A stretch of DNA of 64,000 nucleotides from NCBI GenBank assembly GCA_946409645.1, contig CAMJXE010000005.1, positions 6,631 through 70,630 on the forward strand, in the 5' to 3' direction. Source of the DNA: an uncultured Bacteroidales bacterium (GTDB lineage Bacteria; Bacteroidota; Bacteroidia; Bacteroidales; WCHB1-69). Shown in pieces: positions 18,668-29,057 of this stretch; positions within the stretch are counted from its first letter, which is position 1; each line of letters starts with the position of its first letter. The position numbers were made by a program, and so were the translations under genes. The notes beneath the pieces were generated by a model that saw only the letters and a program-made list of their open reading frames with translations, did not search any database and was not told the DNA's origin.

Positions 18668-18675
18668 CAAAGATA
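18668..18675 (-). promoter_or_regulatory. -7 box TATCTTTG for the yitT-like gene
   Basis: The plus strand reads caaagata, 24 nt upstream of ATG 18644. Confidence 0.55.
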
Positions 18676-18686
18676 CGATTTTTGAG

Positions 18687-19907
18687 TTACTCGTACCGCA
18701 GCGCGGAAATTGGGTCCATATTCGCGGCTTTTTTTGCGGGATACCAGCCGAAGAAGATGCCAGTGAGGGCGCAGACGACGAACGAGGCGAAAATAGACAT
18801 TTCGCTTACGACAAATGGCATGTTCATTAGCTTGGAGGCTGCGAAGGCGATAATCAGTCCCAAAATGATGCCAATGATACCGCCAATCAGACTTAAAATC
18901 ACACTTTCGCACAGGAATTGCAACTTGATGTCGCGATTGTGTGCTCCGATAGCCATGCGCAGACCGATTTCTTTCGTCCGCTCGGTCACCGTGACGTACA
19001 TGATGTTCATGATGCCTATACCGCCCACAATCAACGAGATGGAGGCGATAGCGGCTAACAATGTGGTCATCAGGCCGGTAATGGAGCTCATTGTGGAAAC
19101 CAGCTCCTCTTGTGTTCGAATGTCGAAGTCGTCTTTTTCGCCGCTTTTGATGCCATGGTTACTACGCAAAATGTAGGTGATTTCGGTGGCAGCCAACTCA
19201 GACTCCTCCTCCGAAGTGGCCGAAGCATACATCATATTAAAGTAAGTGATGCCCAAAAAACGCTTTTGAATGGTGGTGTAAGGTGCGAAAACGATGTCGT
19301 CTTGATCGTTACCCATGCCATTCTGCCCTTTTTCTGCCAAAACGCCAATGATTTTCATCGGAATAGAGCCGAAACGAACAGTTTTTCCTATGGGATTTTC
19401 ACCGTTGGTGAACAGCTTTTTCACCACCGTTTGCCCGATGACACACACTTTGTTGTAGCGTTTCACATCCTCCTCGGTGAACATCACGCCCTCTTTGATC
19501 TCGTATTTTCGAATATCTAAGTAGGCTGCGGAAACTCCGTTGATGGAGCTACTATGGTTGTTGTTACCGTAAATCAGCTGCGCGTTGCTGCTAACCATCG
19601 GAGATACAGCGGCAACATAGCGCGTGTTCTTGGAAAGGGATTCTAAATCTTTGTTGTCCAATGTTTTAGATAATGACATGCCCATATCCACGCCCCCCCT
19701 TTGTTGACGGGCAGGCATAATCATGATCATGTTGGAACCCATGGAGGAGAGTTCTGATTTCACGCTTTGGGTGGAGGCCTGTCCAATGCTGACCATAGCT
19801 ATGACAGACGCGATGCCAATCACGATGCCGAGCATGGTGAGGGCTGTGCGCATCTTGTTGCGGAACAGCGAGCTGATGGCTATTTTGATGAGATTTCCGA
19901 TATTCAT
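18687..19907 (-). CDS. MacB-like ABC efflux permease (FtsX domain)
   Basis: N-terminal TM, a periplasmic MacB-type domain and a C-terminal FtsX 3-TM bundle. It follows the ABC ATPase gene by 3 nt. Confidence 0.85.
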   Translation of the reverse strand: MNIGNLIKIAISSLFRNKMRTALTMLGIVIGIASVIAMVSIGQASTQSVKSELSSMGSNMIMIMPARQQRGGVDMGMSLSKTLDNKDLESLSKNTRYVAAVSPMVSSNAQLIYGNNNHSSSINGVSAAYLDIRKYEIKEGVMFTEEDVKRYNKVCVIGQTVVKKLFTNGENPIGKTVRFGSIPMKIIGVLAEKGQNGMGNDQDDIVFAPYTTIQKRFLGITYFNMMYASATSEEESELAATEITYILRSNHGIKSGEKDDFDIRTQEELVSTMSSITGLMTTLLAAIASISLIVGGIGIMNIMYVTVTERTKEIGLRMAIGAHNRDIKLQFLCESVILSLIGGIIGIILGLIIAFAASKLMNMPFVVSEMSIFASFVVCALTGIFFGWYPAKKAANMDPISALRYE

Positions 19908-19910
19908 AGC

Positions 19911-20654
19911 TTACTCTTCTTTTTGGAAGTTGAGAGCCGCCAATGCTTCGGCAGCCGATAGGGTGTTAATGGGTGCATCTTCGATGATTTGCCCGTCGCG
20001 GAGTTTGATTTTGCGGGTGGTGAAGGTGGCGATGTCGGGTTCGTGCGTCACGAAAGCAATGGTTTTTCCCTGATTGTGAAGGTCTTGGAAAAGACTCATT
20101 ATTTCGTAAGAGGTGCGGGTGTCGAGGTTGCCAGTGGCCTCGTCCGCCAAGAGGATGACAGGGTCGTTGACTAATGCGCGGGCTATGGCGACTCGCTGCT
20201 GCTGACCGCCGGAGAGTTGGTTGGGCATGTGTTCCATACGGCTTTCAAGTCCCACTAATTTCAGTGCGGCCACGGCGCGGTCGCGGCGTTCCTTGGCAGG
20301 TACTTCATTGTTGTAGAACAATGGCAACTCTACGTTTTCCACGGCCGTGGTGCGCGCCAGCAGGTTGTAGTTCTGAAACACAAACCCGATTTTGCGGTTG
20401 CGTAAAGTTGACAATTCATTCTTGCTCAGACTTTTGATAGAAACGCCATCGATGATGTAGTCTCCGGCAGAAGGGGTGTCCAAACAGCCCAAAATGTTCA
20501 GCAATGTAGATTTTCCAGATCCGCTGGTGCCCATAATGCTGACGAACTCGCCTTCCGTGATAGAGAAAGTGATGCCACGAAGGGCGTGCACATCCTCACT
20601 ACCCACGCGGAAAATGCGTTCTAGTTTTTCAACTCTTAAAATGTCTTTTGCCAT
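19911..20654 (-). CDS. ABC transporter ATP-binding protein (MacB/LolD type)
   Basis: Walker A GTSGSGKST, signature LSGGQQQR, Walker B ILLADE. Confidence 0.9.
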   Translation of the reverse strand: MAKDILRVEKLERIFRVGSEDVHALRGITFSITEGEFVSIMGTSGSGKSTLLNILGCLDTPSAGDYIIDGVSIKSLSKNELSTLRNRKIGFVFQNYNLLARTTAVENVELPLFYNNEVPAKERRDRAVAALKLVGLESRMEHMPNQLSGGQQQRVAIARALVNDPVILLADEATGNLDTRTSYEIMSLFQDLHNQGKTIAFVTHEPDIATFTTRKIKLRDGQIIEDAPINTLSAAEALAALNFQKEE

Positions 20655-20693
20655 AACGTTTTTTTTGCGTAAGTAGGCGTATGATTATACGCC

Positions 20694-21932
20694 CTACCGG
20701 GTTTTTCGTTGTGGCGGTCCCATTTTGAAGGGATTGGAACTGCCATTGTCGGGCCCCTTGCTGGTCATTCCCTCTATTGTCTCGCTGACACTGACGACCA
20801 CCTCTTCACCTTCGCGCAAACTTTCGGGTATCAGCACCTTAACGCCATTATTCAAACCCACAGTTACGCTAATTTGTTCGTAAGCGTTTTCTCCTCTCTT
20901 CACCCAAATGGTCTTTTTCGTCACATCCTTCAATCCTTGGGTCAGCTCTTCCTGGTTTTTATACAGCGATTTGAAGGTGTAGCCTTTTTTTTCCAGCTGT
21001 TTCATCATTTCTGGTTCAAAAGAGATATAAAGTGCAGGCATAGGAATACAGACACCATTCTCCTTTTTGGTGGTGATGGTCACGCTGGCGGTCATACCCG
21101 GAAAGAGCTTGGTTTCGGGATTCGGCGCATTGATGATGACGGTGTAGGTCACCACGTTGGAGGTCACGGTCGGATTTATGCGTACCTCCTTGACTGTGCC
21201 GGTGAAGACATCATCCGGAAAAGCATCTACTGTGAAAGTCACGGGTTGCCCAGCCTTCACTTCTCCGATGTCAGCCTCATCCACTTTTGCCTCTACTTGC
21301 ATCTGTGTCAAGTCGTTAGCGATGGTGAATAGAGTGGGTGTATTGAAAGATGAAGCCACGGTCTGTCCCTCTTCCACGGCCTTGTTCATGATGATACCGT
21401 CGATAGGAGAGTAGATAGTGGCGTAGGAGAGGTTAGTCTGAGCGCGCGACAGGTCTGACTGCGCGGTTTTAAGCTGGTTCTTCGCCAACGTCAGGGAGTT
21501 GACAGCCGATTCGTAGGTCTCTAATGTGGCGGCCTTGTTGTCGTACAAAGCTTTGATCCTGTCGAACTGTTTCTGCGCCAATGTCAGATTGCTTTGCGCA
21601 TTCGACACGCTTGCCTGCGCCGTTTTCAGCTGTTCGTTGAGGTTAGAGCGGTCGAGTTCGGCCAGCAATTGTCCCTTTTTTACCACGGTGTTGAAATCGA
21701 CGTAGATATGCTCTACGATACCGGACACCTGCGTGCCTACATCCACTTTATAGACGGGTTGCAGTTCGCCGGTGGCGGTCACCGTTACCTCAATGCTGTC
21801 GATGCTACTGCGCTCAGTCATTACCCGCAATTCAGCTTTCTTGCCTTTCTTCAAAACAGAAATCAGGATTAACGCGAAGATTACCACTGCAATCATCCCT
21901 AAAATCCACCATATTTTTTTCGATTTCTTCAT
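20694..21932 (-). CDS. Efflux periplasmic adaptor (HlyD/MacA membrane-fusion family)
   Basis: N-terminal TM, a coiled-coil hairpin region and beta-barrel domains. It sits between the TolC and ABC genes. Confidence 0.85.
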   Translation of the reverse strand: MKKSKKIWWILGMIAVVIFALILISVLKKGKKAELRVMTERSSIDSIEVTVTATGELQPVYKVDVGTQVSGIVEHIYVDFNTVVKKGQLLAELDRSNLNEQLKTAQASVSNAQSNLTLAQKQFDRIKALYDNKAATLETYESAVNSLTLAKNQLKTAQSDLSRAQTNLSYATIYSPIDGIIMNKAVEEGQTVASSFNTPTLFTIANDLTQMQVEAKVDEADIGEVKAGQPVTFTVDAFPDDVFTGTVKEVRINPTVTSNVVTYTVIINAPNPETKLFPGMTASVTITTKKENGVCIPMPALYISFEPEMMKQLEKKGYTFKSLYKNQEELTQGLKDVTKKTIWVKRGENAYEQISVTVGLNNGVKVLIPESLREGEEVVVSVSETIEGMTSKGPDNGSSNPFKMGPPQRKTR

Positions 21933-21949
21933 ATTTTTAGTTTTTGATT

Positions 21950-22012
21950 CCCCACATTGCGTTTCACTTGTATGGGGTTATTAAAAATTCATTTCTTCGA
22001 GACTGCTTAAGG
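21950..22012 (-). repeat. REP-B copy 3
   Basis: ccccacattgcgtttcacttgtatgggg ... cttcgagactgcttaagg; 18 nt from ATG 21932. Confidence 0.7.
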
Positions 22013-22051
22013 ATTGAAATTTAAGTTTATAAAATCAATAACCTATAACCA

Positions 22052-23374
22052 TTATAATGTTACAGGTATTCCCATATAGACATCCAAAATCTTGCGTTTC
22101 AGCACATAAGTGTATTTCGCCTCCATGAAATCATTGAGTTCATCGAGAAAGTTCGTCTGTTGTTGGATAAGATCGACAGCGGTGACGGAGCCGTATTTGA
22201 ACCTGATGCTGTAGGATTTGTAGTTTTCGAGGTAGGCGTTCATCTTGGCTTCCGCCGCAATGAAGTCGTTTTGGGCACTCAACACCTCCAGATAGCCCTC
22301 TTGCAGTTGCTGGGCGAGACTGTATTTGGTGTTTATGTAATCCAATTCACATTGCTCTTTTCGATATTCCGCTTGTTTGACATTGTTACGCACCGCACTG
22401 CGCTGGTAAATCGGGATGTTGAGCGAAAGTCCTATGTTCTCACCGAGACCGTGCCACAGTTGCGTGCCCCAGGCCGTATTCGGAGCATTTAAGTTGGAAC
22501 TGTTATAACCCGTACTGATGCCTGCATTGGCAGTGAGCGAAGGATAATAGGCTGATTTCTGAAGTTTTATGTCATAATCTGCCATGGAAATTTCATTCTG
22601 GCTTCTTTTCAGTTCCGGCAAATATTCCAATCCCCTTTCTATCAATTCTTGGAAAGCCGGCATCTCAAGATTTTTGAATAGTGTTGCACTGTCGGGGCGA
22701 ACGATGCTGATCTCCTGAAACGGGTCAATAGATAGTAAACTTTTGAGTTTCAAGTAACTGGCTTTGATATTATTCTTATAGTTCTCCAGTGCATAAAGAT
22801 CTTCCGTATATTGGGCATGAAGGATTTTGGAATCGCTTTCGAGAATTTGGCCAACATTGAATTTTTGGTCGCCTTGTTCCACCTGCTCCTTGCTTTTGGC
22901 AATCACCTGTTCTTGGTATTTGAGCATATCTTCGTTCATCATGATGGCCAAAAAAGCCCTGATTACAGAAACGCGGAGTTCGTTCTTGCTACTCTCCAGC
23001 ATGAATTGAGACTGTTGTACATCCAATTGGCTCTGTTTTATTTTGTTGGCATTGTACAATCCATTGAAAAGGGTCATGCTGGCGTTGATGCCATAGTTGC
23101 CGCCCCAGCCGACCGACTTCTCGTAGTTGCCAAAATTGACATTCTGCGACATCGATGCCGATACTGACGGAGCGATATTCAGCTTGGCTTGTTTCAAGTT
23201 CAACTCCGCAGATGAGACGTTGATGTTGGAGGATTGAAGAGAAAAATTGTGAGTCTCCGCATATTGAATGCATTCCTCGAGGGTGAAAGACTTTTTGTCA
23301 CTGGGATTCTCCTGGGCGAAGATAGAGAATAAACCCAGCAAAAGCAAGCTTGATAATATCAGGTGTTTTTTCAT
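22052..23374 (-). CDS. TolC-family outer membrane efflux protein
   Basis: Signal peptide, two tandem OEP-type repeats, and position as first gene of the efflux operon. Confidence 0.85.
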   Translation of the reverse strand: MKKHLILSSLLLLGLFSIFAQENPSDKKSFTLEECIQYAETHNFSLQSSNINVSSAELNLKQAKLNIAPSVSASMSQNVNFGNYEKSVGWGGNYGINASMTLFNGLYNANKIKQSQLDVQQSQFMLESSKNELRVSVIRAFLAIMMNEDMLKYQEQVIAKSKEQVEQGDQKFNVGQILESDSKILHAQYTEDLYALENYKNNIKASYLKLKSLLSIDPFQEISIVRPDSATLFKNLEMPAFQELIERGLEYLPELKRSQNEISMADYDIKLQKSAYYPSLTANAGISTGYNSSNLNAPNTAWGTQLWHGLGENIGLSLNIPIYQRSAVRNNVKQAEYRKEQCELDYINTKYSLAQQLQEGYLEVLSAQNDFIAAEAKMNAYLENYKSYSIRFKYGSVTAVDLIQQQTNFLDELNDFMEAKYTYVLKRKILDVYMGIPVTL

Positions 23375-23416
23375 AAATCAGTTAATATAAAGGGGAACAG
23401 AGTTTTAGTGAAAAGT

Positions 23417-26029
23417 TTAACCCTTTTTTTTGCCTGTCAACAACTGTTGGATTTCGTTCAGCTTCATGAGTGCTTCGACAGGCGTGAGGCTGTTGATATC
23501 GAGACCAATGATGATGTCTTTGATGTCGAGTAATAGCGGATCGTCCAGGTTAATGAAACTCAGTTGATAACCATCTGTTTGCGACTTTTCAATGCGAACC
23601 TCGTCCTTGCCTTTTTGTGCGCGGGATTTTTCAAGCTGTTGGAGGATATCTTCTGCGCGGCGCAATACGGCGGTGGGCATTCCGGCCATACGTGCCACGT
23701 GAATACCGAAACTGTGTTCGCTGCCGCCTTTCTCGAGTTTTCGCAAGAAATAGACTTTATTGTCTAACTCTTTGACTGTCACGTGATAATTCTTGATACG
23801 GGGGAACTGCGCAGCCATATCGTTGAGCTCATGATAGTGGGTGGCAAAGAGCACTTTTGCTCGGTGGTAAGGATTTTCGTGCAGATATTCAGCGATGGAC
23901 CACGCAATGGAAATGCCGTCATAAGTGCTTGTGCCTCTGCCGATCTCGTCGAGCAGAACCAAACTGCGATTGGTGACATTGTTGAGAATGTTGGCGGTTT
24001 CGTTCATCTCCACCATGAAAGTGGATTCACCCGTGGAGATGTTGTCGGACGCGCCAACGCGAGTGAAAATCTTATCAACAAGACCTATAGAACACTGTTT
24101 AGCAGGCACATAGCAGCCCATCTGAGCCATCAACGTGATAAGTGCAGTCTGTCGTAACAATGCTGATTTACCTGACATGTTGGGACCGGTGATAATGATG
24201 ATCTGCTGTTTTTCATTATCCAAGTGGATGTCGTTGGCAATGTAAGGTTCATCAGGGGGGAGTTGCCTTTCAATCACAGGGTGTCTTCCTGCTTTGATGC
24301 TAATACTCTGTCCCTCATTGATTTGTGGTTTTGTATAATGATAGTTAACCGTACAATAGGCAAAAGCGTAAAACACGTCCAGTCGGGCAGCCAAACGAGC
24401 ATTGTTCTGAATGAGAGGGATGTAGTCCGTGATGCTGACCACCAATTCGTTAAAGAGTCGGGCTTCAATTTCCAAAATTTTCTCTTGAGCGCCTAATATT
24501 TTGGTTTCGAGAGTTTTAAGTTCCTCGGTAATGTAACGTTCACTGCCTGTGAGAGTTTGTTTGCGAATCCATTCCGTCGGCACTTTCGATTTATAAGTGT
24601 TGGTCACTTCCAAGTAATAGCCAAAAACATTGTTAAATCCGATTTTTAAGGAGCTGATGCCCGTTCTTTCCGCTTCACGGCGTTGAATGTCGGCCAGTAT
24701 GCTGCGGCTGTTGGTGGCTAAATCGGTTAGTTCGTCCAATTCCGCATTGACGTTGCGACGGAACACCCCACCTTTGCTCACCATCACCGGCGGTTCTTCG
24801 TTAATCTCCTTCTCGATGCGTTGCACCACATTCGCACAGGGATTCAATTTATCAGCAAATACTTGTAAAACAGGAGATTGTGAGGATTCACAAAGTGTTT
24901 TCAACTGTTCAATAGCGCGTAACGAAGCGGACAACTGCAATATTTCGCGAGGATTAATTTTTCCAGTAGCAATTTTGGAAACCATTCTCTCCATGTCGCC
25001 AATGGGTTTGAGGATGGCTTCCAATTGTTGTGTAAAATCTTGATTGTTAACAAGATATTCAACTGCAGAGAGTCTTTCCTCAATAAGTACTTTTTCTTTA
25101 AGGGGCATGAGAAGCCATTTTCGCAACATTCGGGAACCCATCGGGGTGCGAGTCTCGTCTAAGACATTGAGGAGGGTGACAGCGTTTTCATTGGGTGAAT
25201 GAATAAGTTCGAGGTTGCGGATGGTAAACTTGTCAAGCCACACGTACAAGTCTTCCTCTATTCGGCTTATCTTAGTGATATGCTGTATTTTATGGTTTTG
25301 AGTTTCGTAGATGTAATGGAGAGCGGCACCTGCGGCAATCAATCCGGACTTGAGCTCTTCAACGCCGAAACCTTTCAGTGATTTGGTCTGGAAGTGTTTG
25401 GTTAACAGGTCGAAAGTGTAGTCGGATTTGAACACCCAATCGTCAAGTTGAGTCAGTAGCATCTTTTCGCCGAATAGCTGTCGGAAGGTTTGGGTTTTGC
25501 CCTTCTGAATCACTAACTCCATGGGTTTGAAGTTCTGGAAGAGTTTGTCAATGTATTCGTTGTTGCCTTCAGCCACGTAAAATTCGCCAGTGGAAATATC
25601 CAAAAAAGAGATACCACTTTGTTTATCAGTAAGATGAATGGCTGCGAGGAAGTTGTTTTCACGTTGTTCCAGCACTTTGTCGTTGATCGAAACGCCAGGC
25701 GTGACCAGTTCGGTGATGCCGCGCTTGACGAGTGTTTTAGTCTGTTTCGGGTCTTCCAATTGCTCGCAAATAGCCACGCGGTATCCCGCTCGAACCAATT
25801 TCGGGAGATAGGTGTCAAGGGCATGGTGGGGGAAACCCGCCAATTCGGTCTGAGATGCGCCTTTCCCATGCCGTGTCAGCGTAATGCCTAATATTTTGGA
25901 AGATTTGATAGCATCTTCGCCGTATGTTTCGTAAAAGTCGCCCACTCTGAATAGTAAAATGGCATCGGGATGTTGTGCCTTAAAGTGGTTGTACTGTCTC
26001 ATCAAAGGAGTTTCGGAACTCTTTTCCAT
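23417..26029 (-). CDS. mutS: DNA mismatch repair protein MutS
   Basis: TPLMRQYNHFKAQHPDAILLFRVGDFYE at the N-terminus and Walker A GPNMSGKS. ATG 26029 was chosen because the -7 box at 26048-26055 lies inside the longer ORF. Confidence 0.95.
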   Translation of the reverse strand: MEKSSETPLMRQYNHFKAQHPDAILLFRVGDFYETYGEDAIKSSKILGITLTRHGKGASQTELAGFPHHALDTYLPKLVRAGYRVAICEQLEDPKQTKTLVKRGITELVTPGVSINDKVLEQRENNFLAAIHLTDKQSGISFLDISTGEFYVAEGNNEYIDKLFQNFKPMELVIQKGKTQTFRQLFGEKMLLTQLDDWVFKSDYTFDLLTKHFQTKSLKGFGVEELKSGLIAAGAALHYIYETQNHKIQHITKISRIEEDLYVWLDKFTIRNLELIHSPNENAVTLLNVLDETRTPMGSRMLRKWLLMPLKEKVLIEERLSAVEYLVNNQDFTQQLEAILKPIGDMERMVSKIATGKINPREILQLSASLRAIEQLKTLCESSQSPVLQVFADKLNPCANVVQRIEKEINEEPPVMVSKGGVFRRNVNAELDELTDLATNSRSILADIQRREAERTGISSLKIGFNNVFGYYLEVTNTYKSKVPTEWIRKQTLTGSERYITEELKTLETKILGAQEKILEIEARLFNELVVSITDYIPLIQNNARLAARLDVFYAFAYCTVNYHYTKPQINEGQSISIKAGRHPVIERQLPPDEPYIANDIHLDNEKQQIIIITGPNMSGKSALLRQTALITLMAQMGCYVPAKQCSIGLVDKIFTRVGASDNISTGESTFMVEMNETANILNNVTNRSLVLLDEIGRGTSTYDGISIAWSIAEYLHENPYHRAKVLFATHYHELNDMAAQFPRIKNYHVTVKELDNKVYFLRKLEKGGSEHSFGIHVARMAGMPTAVLRRAEDILQQLEKSRAQKGKDEVRIEKSQTDGYQLSFINLDDPLLLDIKDIIIGLDINSLTPVEALMKLNEIQQLLTGKKKG

Positions 26030-26047
26030 CTTGCAATTTTTAATGCG

Positions 26048-26055
26048 CAAAAGTA
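26048..26055 (-). promoter_or_regulatory. -7 box TACTTTTG for mutS
   Basis: The plus strand reads caaaagta, 19 nt upstream of ATG 26029. Confidence 0.6.
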
Positions 26056-26079
26056 CGATTTTTCTTTGGAATTTTTTAG

Positions 26080-26087
26080 TACTTTTG
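26080..26087 (+). promoter_or_regulatory. -7 box TACTTTTG for trmO (back-to-back with the mutS promoter)
   Basis: agTACTTTTGcag, 18 nt upstream of ATG 26105. Confidence 0.6.
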
Positions 26088-26104
26088 CAGATATGATTAA
26101 TAAT

Positions 26105-26791
26105 ATGAAAATCGTCGCACGTGCGCATAGTGAGTTCCCTTCCAAGTTTGGGATTCCGAGGCAGAGCGGTTTGGCATCTGCTTTGCGTACGCGCATTGTC
26201 TTTGAGCCAGAATTCCGCAATGTCGAAGCGTTGCGCGGCATTGAGGAGTTTTCGCATTTATGGCTGATTTGGGACTTTTCGGAGGCGCATCAAGAGCAGT
26301 GGTCGCCCACGGTTCGGCCGCCGCGACTTGGCGGCAACCGGCGCATGGGAGTTTTCGCCACGCGCTCGCCCTTCCGCCCCAATCCCATTGGGCTTTCCTG
26401 CGTGGAACTTGTCGAGGTCGATCTCAATCCCAAGAGTCCCACGCTGTTGGTGGGCGGTGCGGATCTGATGGACGGCACCCCAATTTACGACATCAAACCC
26501 TATTTGCTCACCACCGACTGTCACCCGGATGCTTCAAAGGGGTTCACGCAAGAGCACGAAAACTACCAACTCGAAGTGGAAATCCCCGACACCATCGTCA
26601 AAAAGATGCCGACTGAAAAGTTGACGAAACTGCGCGAAGTGCTGGCGCAAGACCCTCGCCCCGCTTACCACCACGACGAATCCCGCATTTATGGTTTCCC
26701 GTTCGACGGATATGAGGTGAAATTCTCTGTGAATGGAAACAAAGCCATCCTCCAAAGCGTAAAACGCTTACTCCCCCCAAAAAACGTGTAA
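26105..26791 (+). CDS. trmO: tRNA (m6t6A37) methyltransferase TrmO/TsaA family
   Basis: MKIVARAHSEFPSKFGIPRQSGL..FSHLWLIWDFS..RSPFRPNPIGLS. The start could also be ATG 26093. Confidence 0.85.
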   Translation: MKIVARAHSEFPSKFGIPRQSGLASALRTRIVFEPEFRNVEALRGIEEFSHLWLIWDFSEAHQEQWSPTVRPPRLGGNRRMGVFATRSPFRPNPIGLSCVELVEVDLNPKSPTLLVGGADLMDGTPIYDIKPYLLTTDCHPDASKGFTQEHENYQLEVEIPDTIVKKMPTEKLTKLREVLAQDPRPAYHHDESRIYGFPFDGYEVKFSVNGNKAILQSVKRLLPPKNV

Positions 26792-26811
26792 ATGTGTGAG
26801 CGAGTAAGCCC

Positions 26812-27822
26812 CTAAAACCGGTTCACCCATTCCGCCACTTCCGTCGCGGAGATGTTGTTCATGCACTTGAAATGTTTCCGTTTGCACTTGGTACTGCCAA
26901 ATTTGGAGCAAGGGCGGCAACGGAGCGGGCATACTTCGAAGTTGCGGAAATTATGGCGTTCACCAGGCATATAGGGATAGTAACCGTATTCGGGGATGGT
27001 GGAACCGAAGATGGCGGCTGTAGGTTTGTGCAACGCTGCTGAGATGTGCATCAGACCTGTGTCGCCAGTGATCACACAATCAGCATGTTGCAGAATCGCC
27101 GCCGACTGATATAGCGAATATTTGCCGCAGCCGTTTGTGGCGCGCTCGCCTAGTTGGGAAACCACGCGCTCGCCCTCCTCATACACATCTTTACCGCCCA
27201 AAAGCATAATGGGTTTATGCAAAATGCTGCCGATTTCCACCACTTTGGAAACGGGGATGCGCTTGGTAAAATGTTGCGCTGCCAACACGATAGCCACAAA
27301 GCCATCGTCAAACATCATTGGCAAATCATCTTCGTCAAAACCTTGATTCTCAGGAATATAAAACTCCAATCCCTTGTGGTCGTTGTGGATATCCAACATC
27401 TTCACTGCCTCGAAATAGCGTTCCACAATGTGGGTTTCCGGCAAACCGTTCATCTTGAGTCGATAGCAGATCCATTTCGAGAAATTGTGCTTGTTGAAGG
27501 TGTAGGAAGGTACTCCCAATCGACGCACCACTTTGCGTGAACGTATCGTTTTCTGCAAATCAATGACGACCGAGAATTGCTCTTTCTTCAGTTCCTCGAT
27601 GGTTTGGCTTACGTTGTCGGGATCGTAGGCATGTACCTTGTGGATGTGTGGATTGTTCTCAATGACAGAGAGAAAGTCTTTCCTCACCAAATAATGAACC
27701 TCAACATCTGGAAGTTGTTCATTCACAGCTCTCACGACAGGAGTGGTGAGCACGATATCGCCGATGGAGCTCAGTCTGATAATTAAAACTTTCGGTTGCG
27801 ACGGGGGTTGTAGTTCGTCCAT
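26812..27822 (-). CDS. Glycosyltransferase family 9 (heptosyltransferase-like)
   Basis: KVLIIRLSSIGDIVLTTPVVRAV at the N-terminus and GDTGLMHISAAL in the C-terminal half. Confidence 0.8.
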   Translation of the reverse strand: MDELQPPSQPKVLIIRLSSIGDIVLTTPVVRAVNEQLPDVEVHYLVRKDFLSVIENNPHIHKVHAYDPDNVSQTIEELKKEQFSVVIDLQKTIRSRKVVRRLGVPSYTFNKHNFSKWICYRLKMNGLPETHIVERYFEAVKMLDIHNDHKGLEFYIPENQGFDEDDLPMMFDDGFVAIVLAAQHFTKRIPVSKVVEIGSILHKPIMLLGGKDVYEEGERVVSQLGERATNGCGKYSLYQSAAILQHADCVITGDTGLMHISAALHKPTAAIFGSTIPEYGYYPYMPGERHNFRNFEVCPLRCRPCSKFGSTKCKRKHFKCMNNISATEVAEWVNRF

Positions 27823-27837
27823 ATTGAGTTAAAAAAA

Positions 27838-28974
27838 TTAATTTTCTTCAGATATTGTTTTATAATGATTGTCAACAGGTGTGGCATAAATTTTCAGCAG
27901 ATTCTCGCGCATTTTTTCTTCGGAAACGTCCTCAATGCGGGATTTCATCTGCAAATATTGTTCAAAAGCTGTTTTTTCATCTTCAGTATAGTGCTCGTGG
28001 TATTCATCATTTTGATGGAGCAAGTCGTGGGCAATATAGTTGTTGGGGAAGAGTACATAGTTCATATATATCTGTTTGTCAATAAATTGACAGACAGATT
28101 GTAATTTATCATTGTTGGAGAGATTTTCGGGAATCGTATCCAATTCTTGGTCTATCGGTACGCCGATGGTGAGAGCGATACGACCTTTCGATCCAAAAAT
28201 ACCTTGCTTAATGCTTTCGAAGTCTTCGCCAGGTTTCTTCTGATAAACAGTGTGTTCGCTGATGGCCGACTCCCTTGCTTTCAGTTTGTCACAGGGTTCA
28301 ATTTCGTAAGAGACGGTCACAGGGGTGATTTTCATTCGACGTAAGAAATCGATGAGGTTGTCGTGGTTGCCGAGCGTGAGCATTTTCACAAGTCCATGTT
28401 TGGTGTAGTCGTTGCCGTCTTTGGTGCGACCGTCCCGCTGGGCAATCCACACTGATTCGTTTTCCACTAAGATGGATTGTTGTATGTAGGCGGCCAGTTT
28501 TTGCGAGTTTTCAAGCTTCTCGCGCATGGTGCCGTTCCTTTTCACCTTGATCATCTTGTTCACTCTTGCGATTTCGCCAAGAAGAGGAGTTGTAAAAAGA
28601 TTATCTCCAACGGCAATGCGAGAAGTTTTGCGGTGTTCGATGAAAAAATAGTATTCCAATAACGCGGGATCGAAAGTGATGTCACGATGGTTGGCGATGA
28701 ATAGGTACGCGTCGTCATCGCTGATGTTTTCTATGCCCTTTAGCATAACGCCTTTGGAAGATTGTGCAATGAACGAATCAACAAAACGTTTGTCAAAATC
28801 GCGTTGTACTTCTTCAATAGTGTTAAAATTCGTGAAATCTTTGCGGAATTGGTCAATGGAATAGTTGGGAATGCACAAAGCAATGGCCTCTTGAAAACGC
28901 CGGTCATCCATCAATCGATAGTATGCTTCCTTGAATTCAAGATTCGTATAAGGTCGTATATCTTCAAAATCCAT
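27838..28974 (-). CDS. Putative lysophospholipid/glycerolipid acyltransferase-like protein
   Basis: FIANHRDITFDPALL resembles the acyltransferase H-box region. The rest is unrecognised, so the functional call is weak. Confidence 0.5.
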   Translation of the reverse strand: MDFEDIRPYTNLEFKEAYYRLMDDRRFQEAIALCIPNYSIDQFRKDFTNFNTIEEVQRDFDKRFVDSFIAQSSKGVMLKGIENISDDDAYLFIANHRDITFDPALLEYYFFIEHRKTSRIAVGDNLFTTPLLGEIARVNKMIKVKRNGTMREKLENSQKLAAYIQQSILVENESVWIAQRDGRTKDGNDYTKHGLVKMLTLGNHDNLIDFLRRMKITPVTVSYEIEPCDKLKARESAISEHTVYQKKPGEDFESIKQGIFGSKGRIALTIGVPIDQELDTIPENLSNNDKLQSVCQFIDKQIYMNYVLFPNNYIAHDLLHQNDEYHEHYTEDEKTAFEQYLQMKSRIEDVSEEKMRENLLKIYATPVDNHYKTISEEN

Positions 28975-28997
28975 TATTAGTCTTTCAAAACCGGCGG

Positions 28998-29005
28998 CAA
29001 AGATA
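28998..29005 (-). promoter_or_regulatory. -7 box TATCTTTG for the acyltransferase-like gene
   Basis: The plus strand reads caaagata, 24 nt upstream of ATG 28974. Confidence 0.55.
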
Positions 29006-29057
29006 GCATTTTTTTTGTTGTGAGCCGAGTAAGTATCGTGATGTGTTGGAATCTCCT

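Noticed and set aside
26030-26257. N-terminal extensions in the ORF track (mutS to 26257, menA-like to 37159, pta to 10543, queA to 62871, polA TTG 13048, permeases from 41950, 45172 and 48204)
   Set aside because: The extensions run through promoters (TAnnTTTG boxes), tRNA-Glu, or REP-A/REP-B elements. Conserved protein N-termini begin at the internal ATGs used here.
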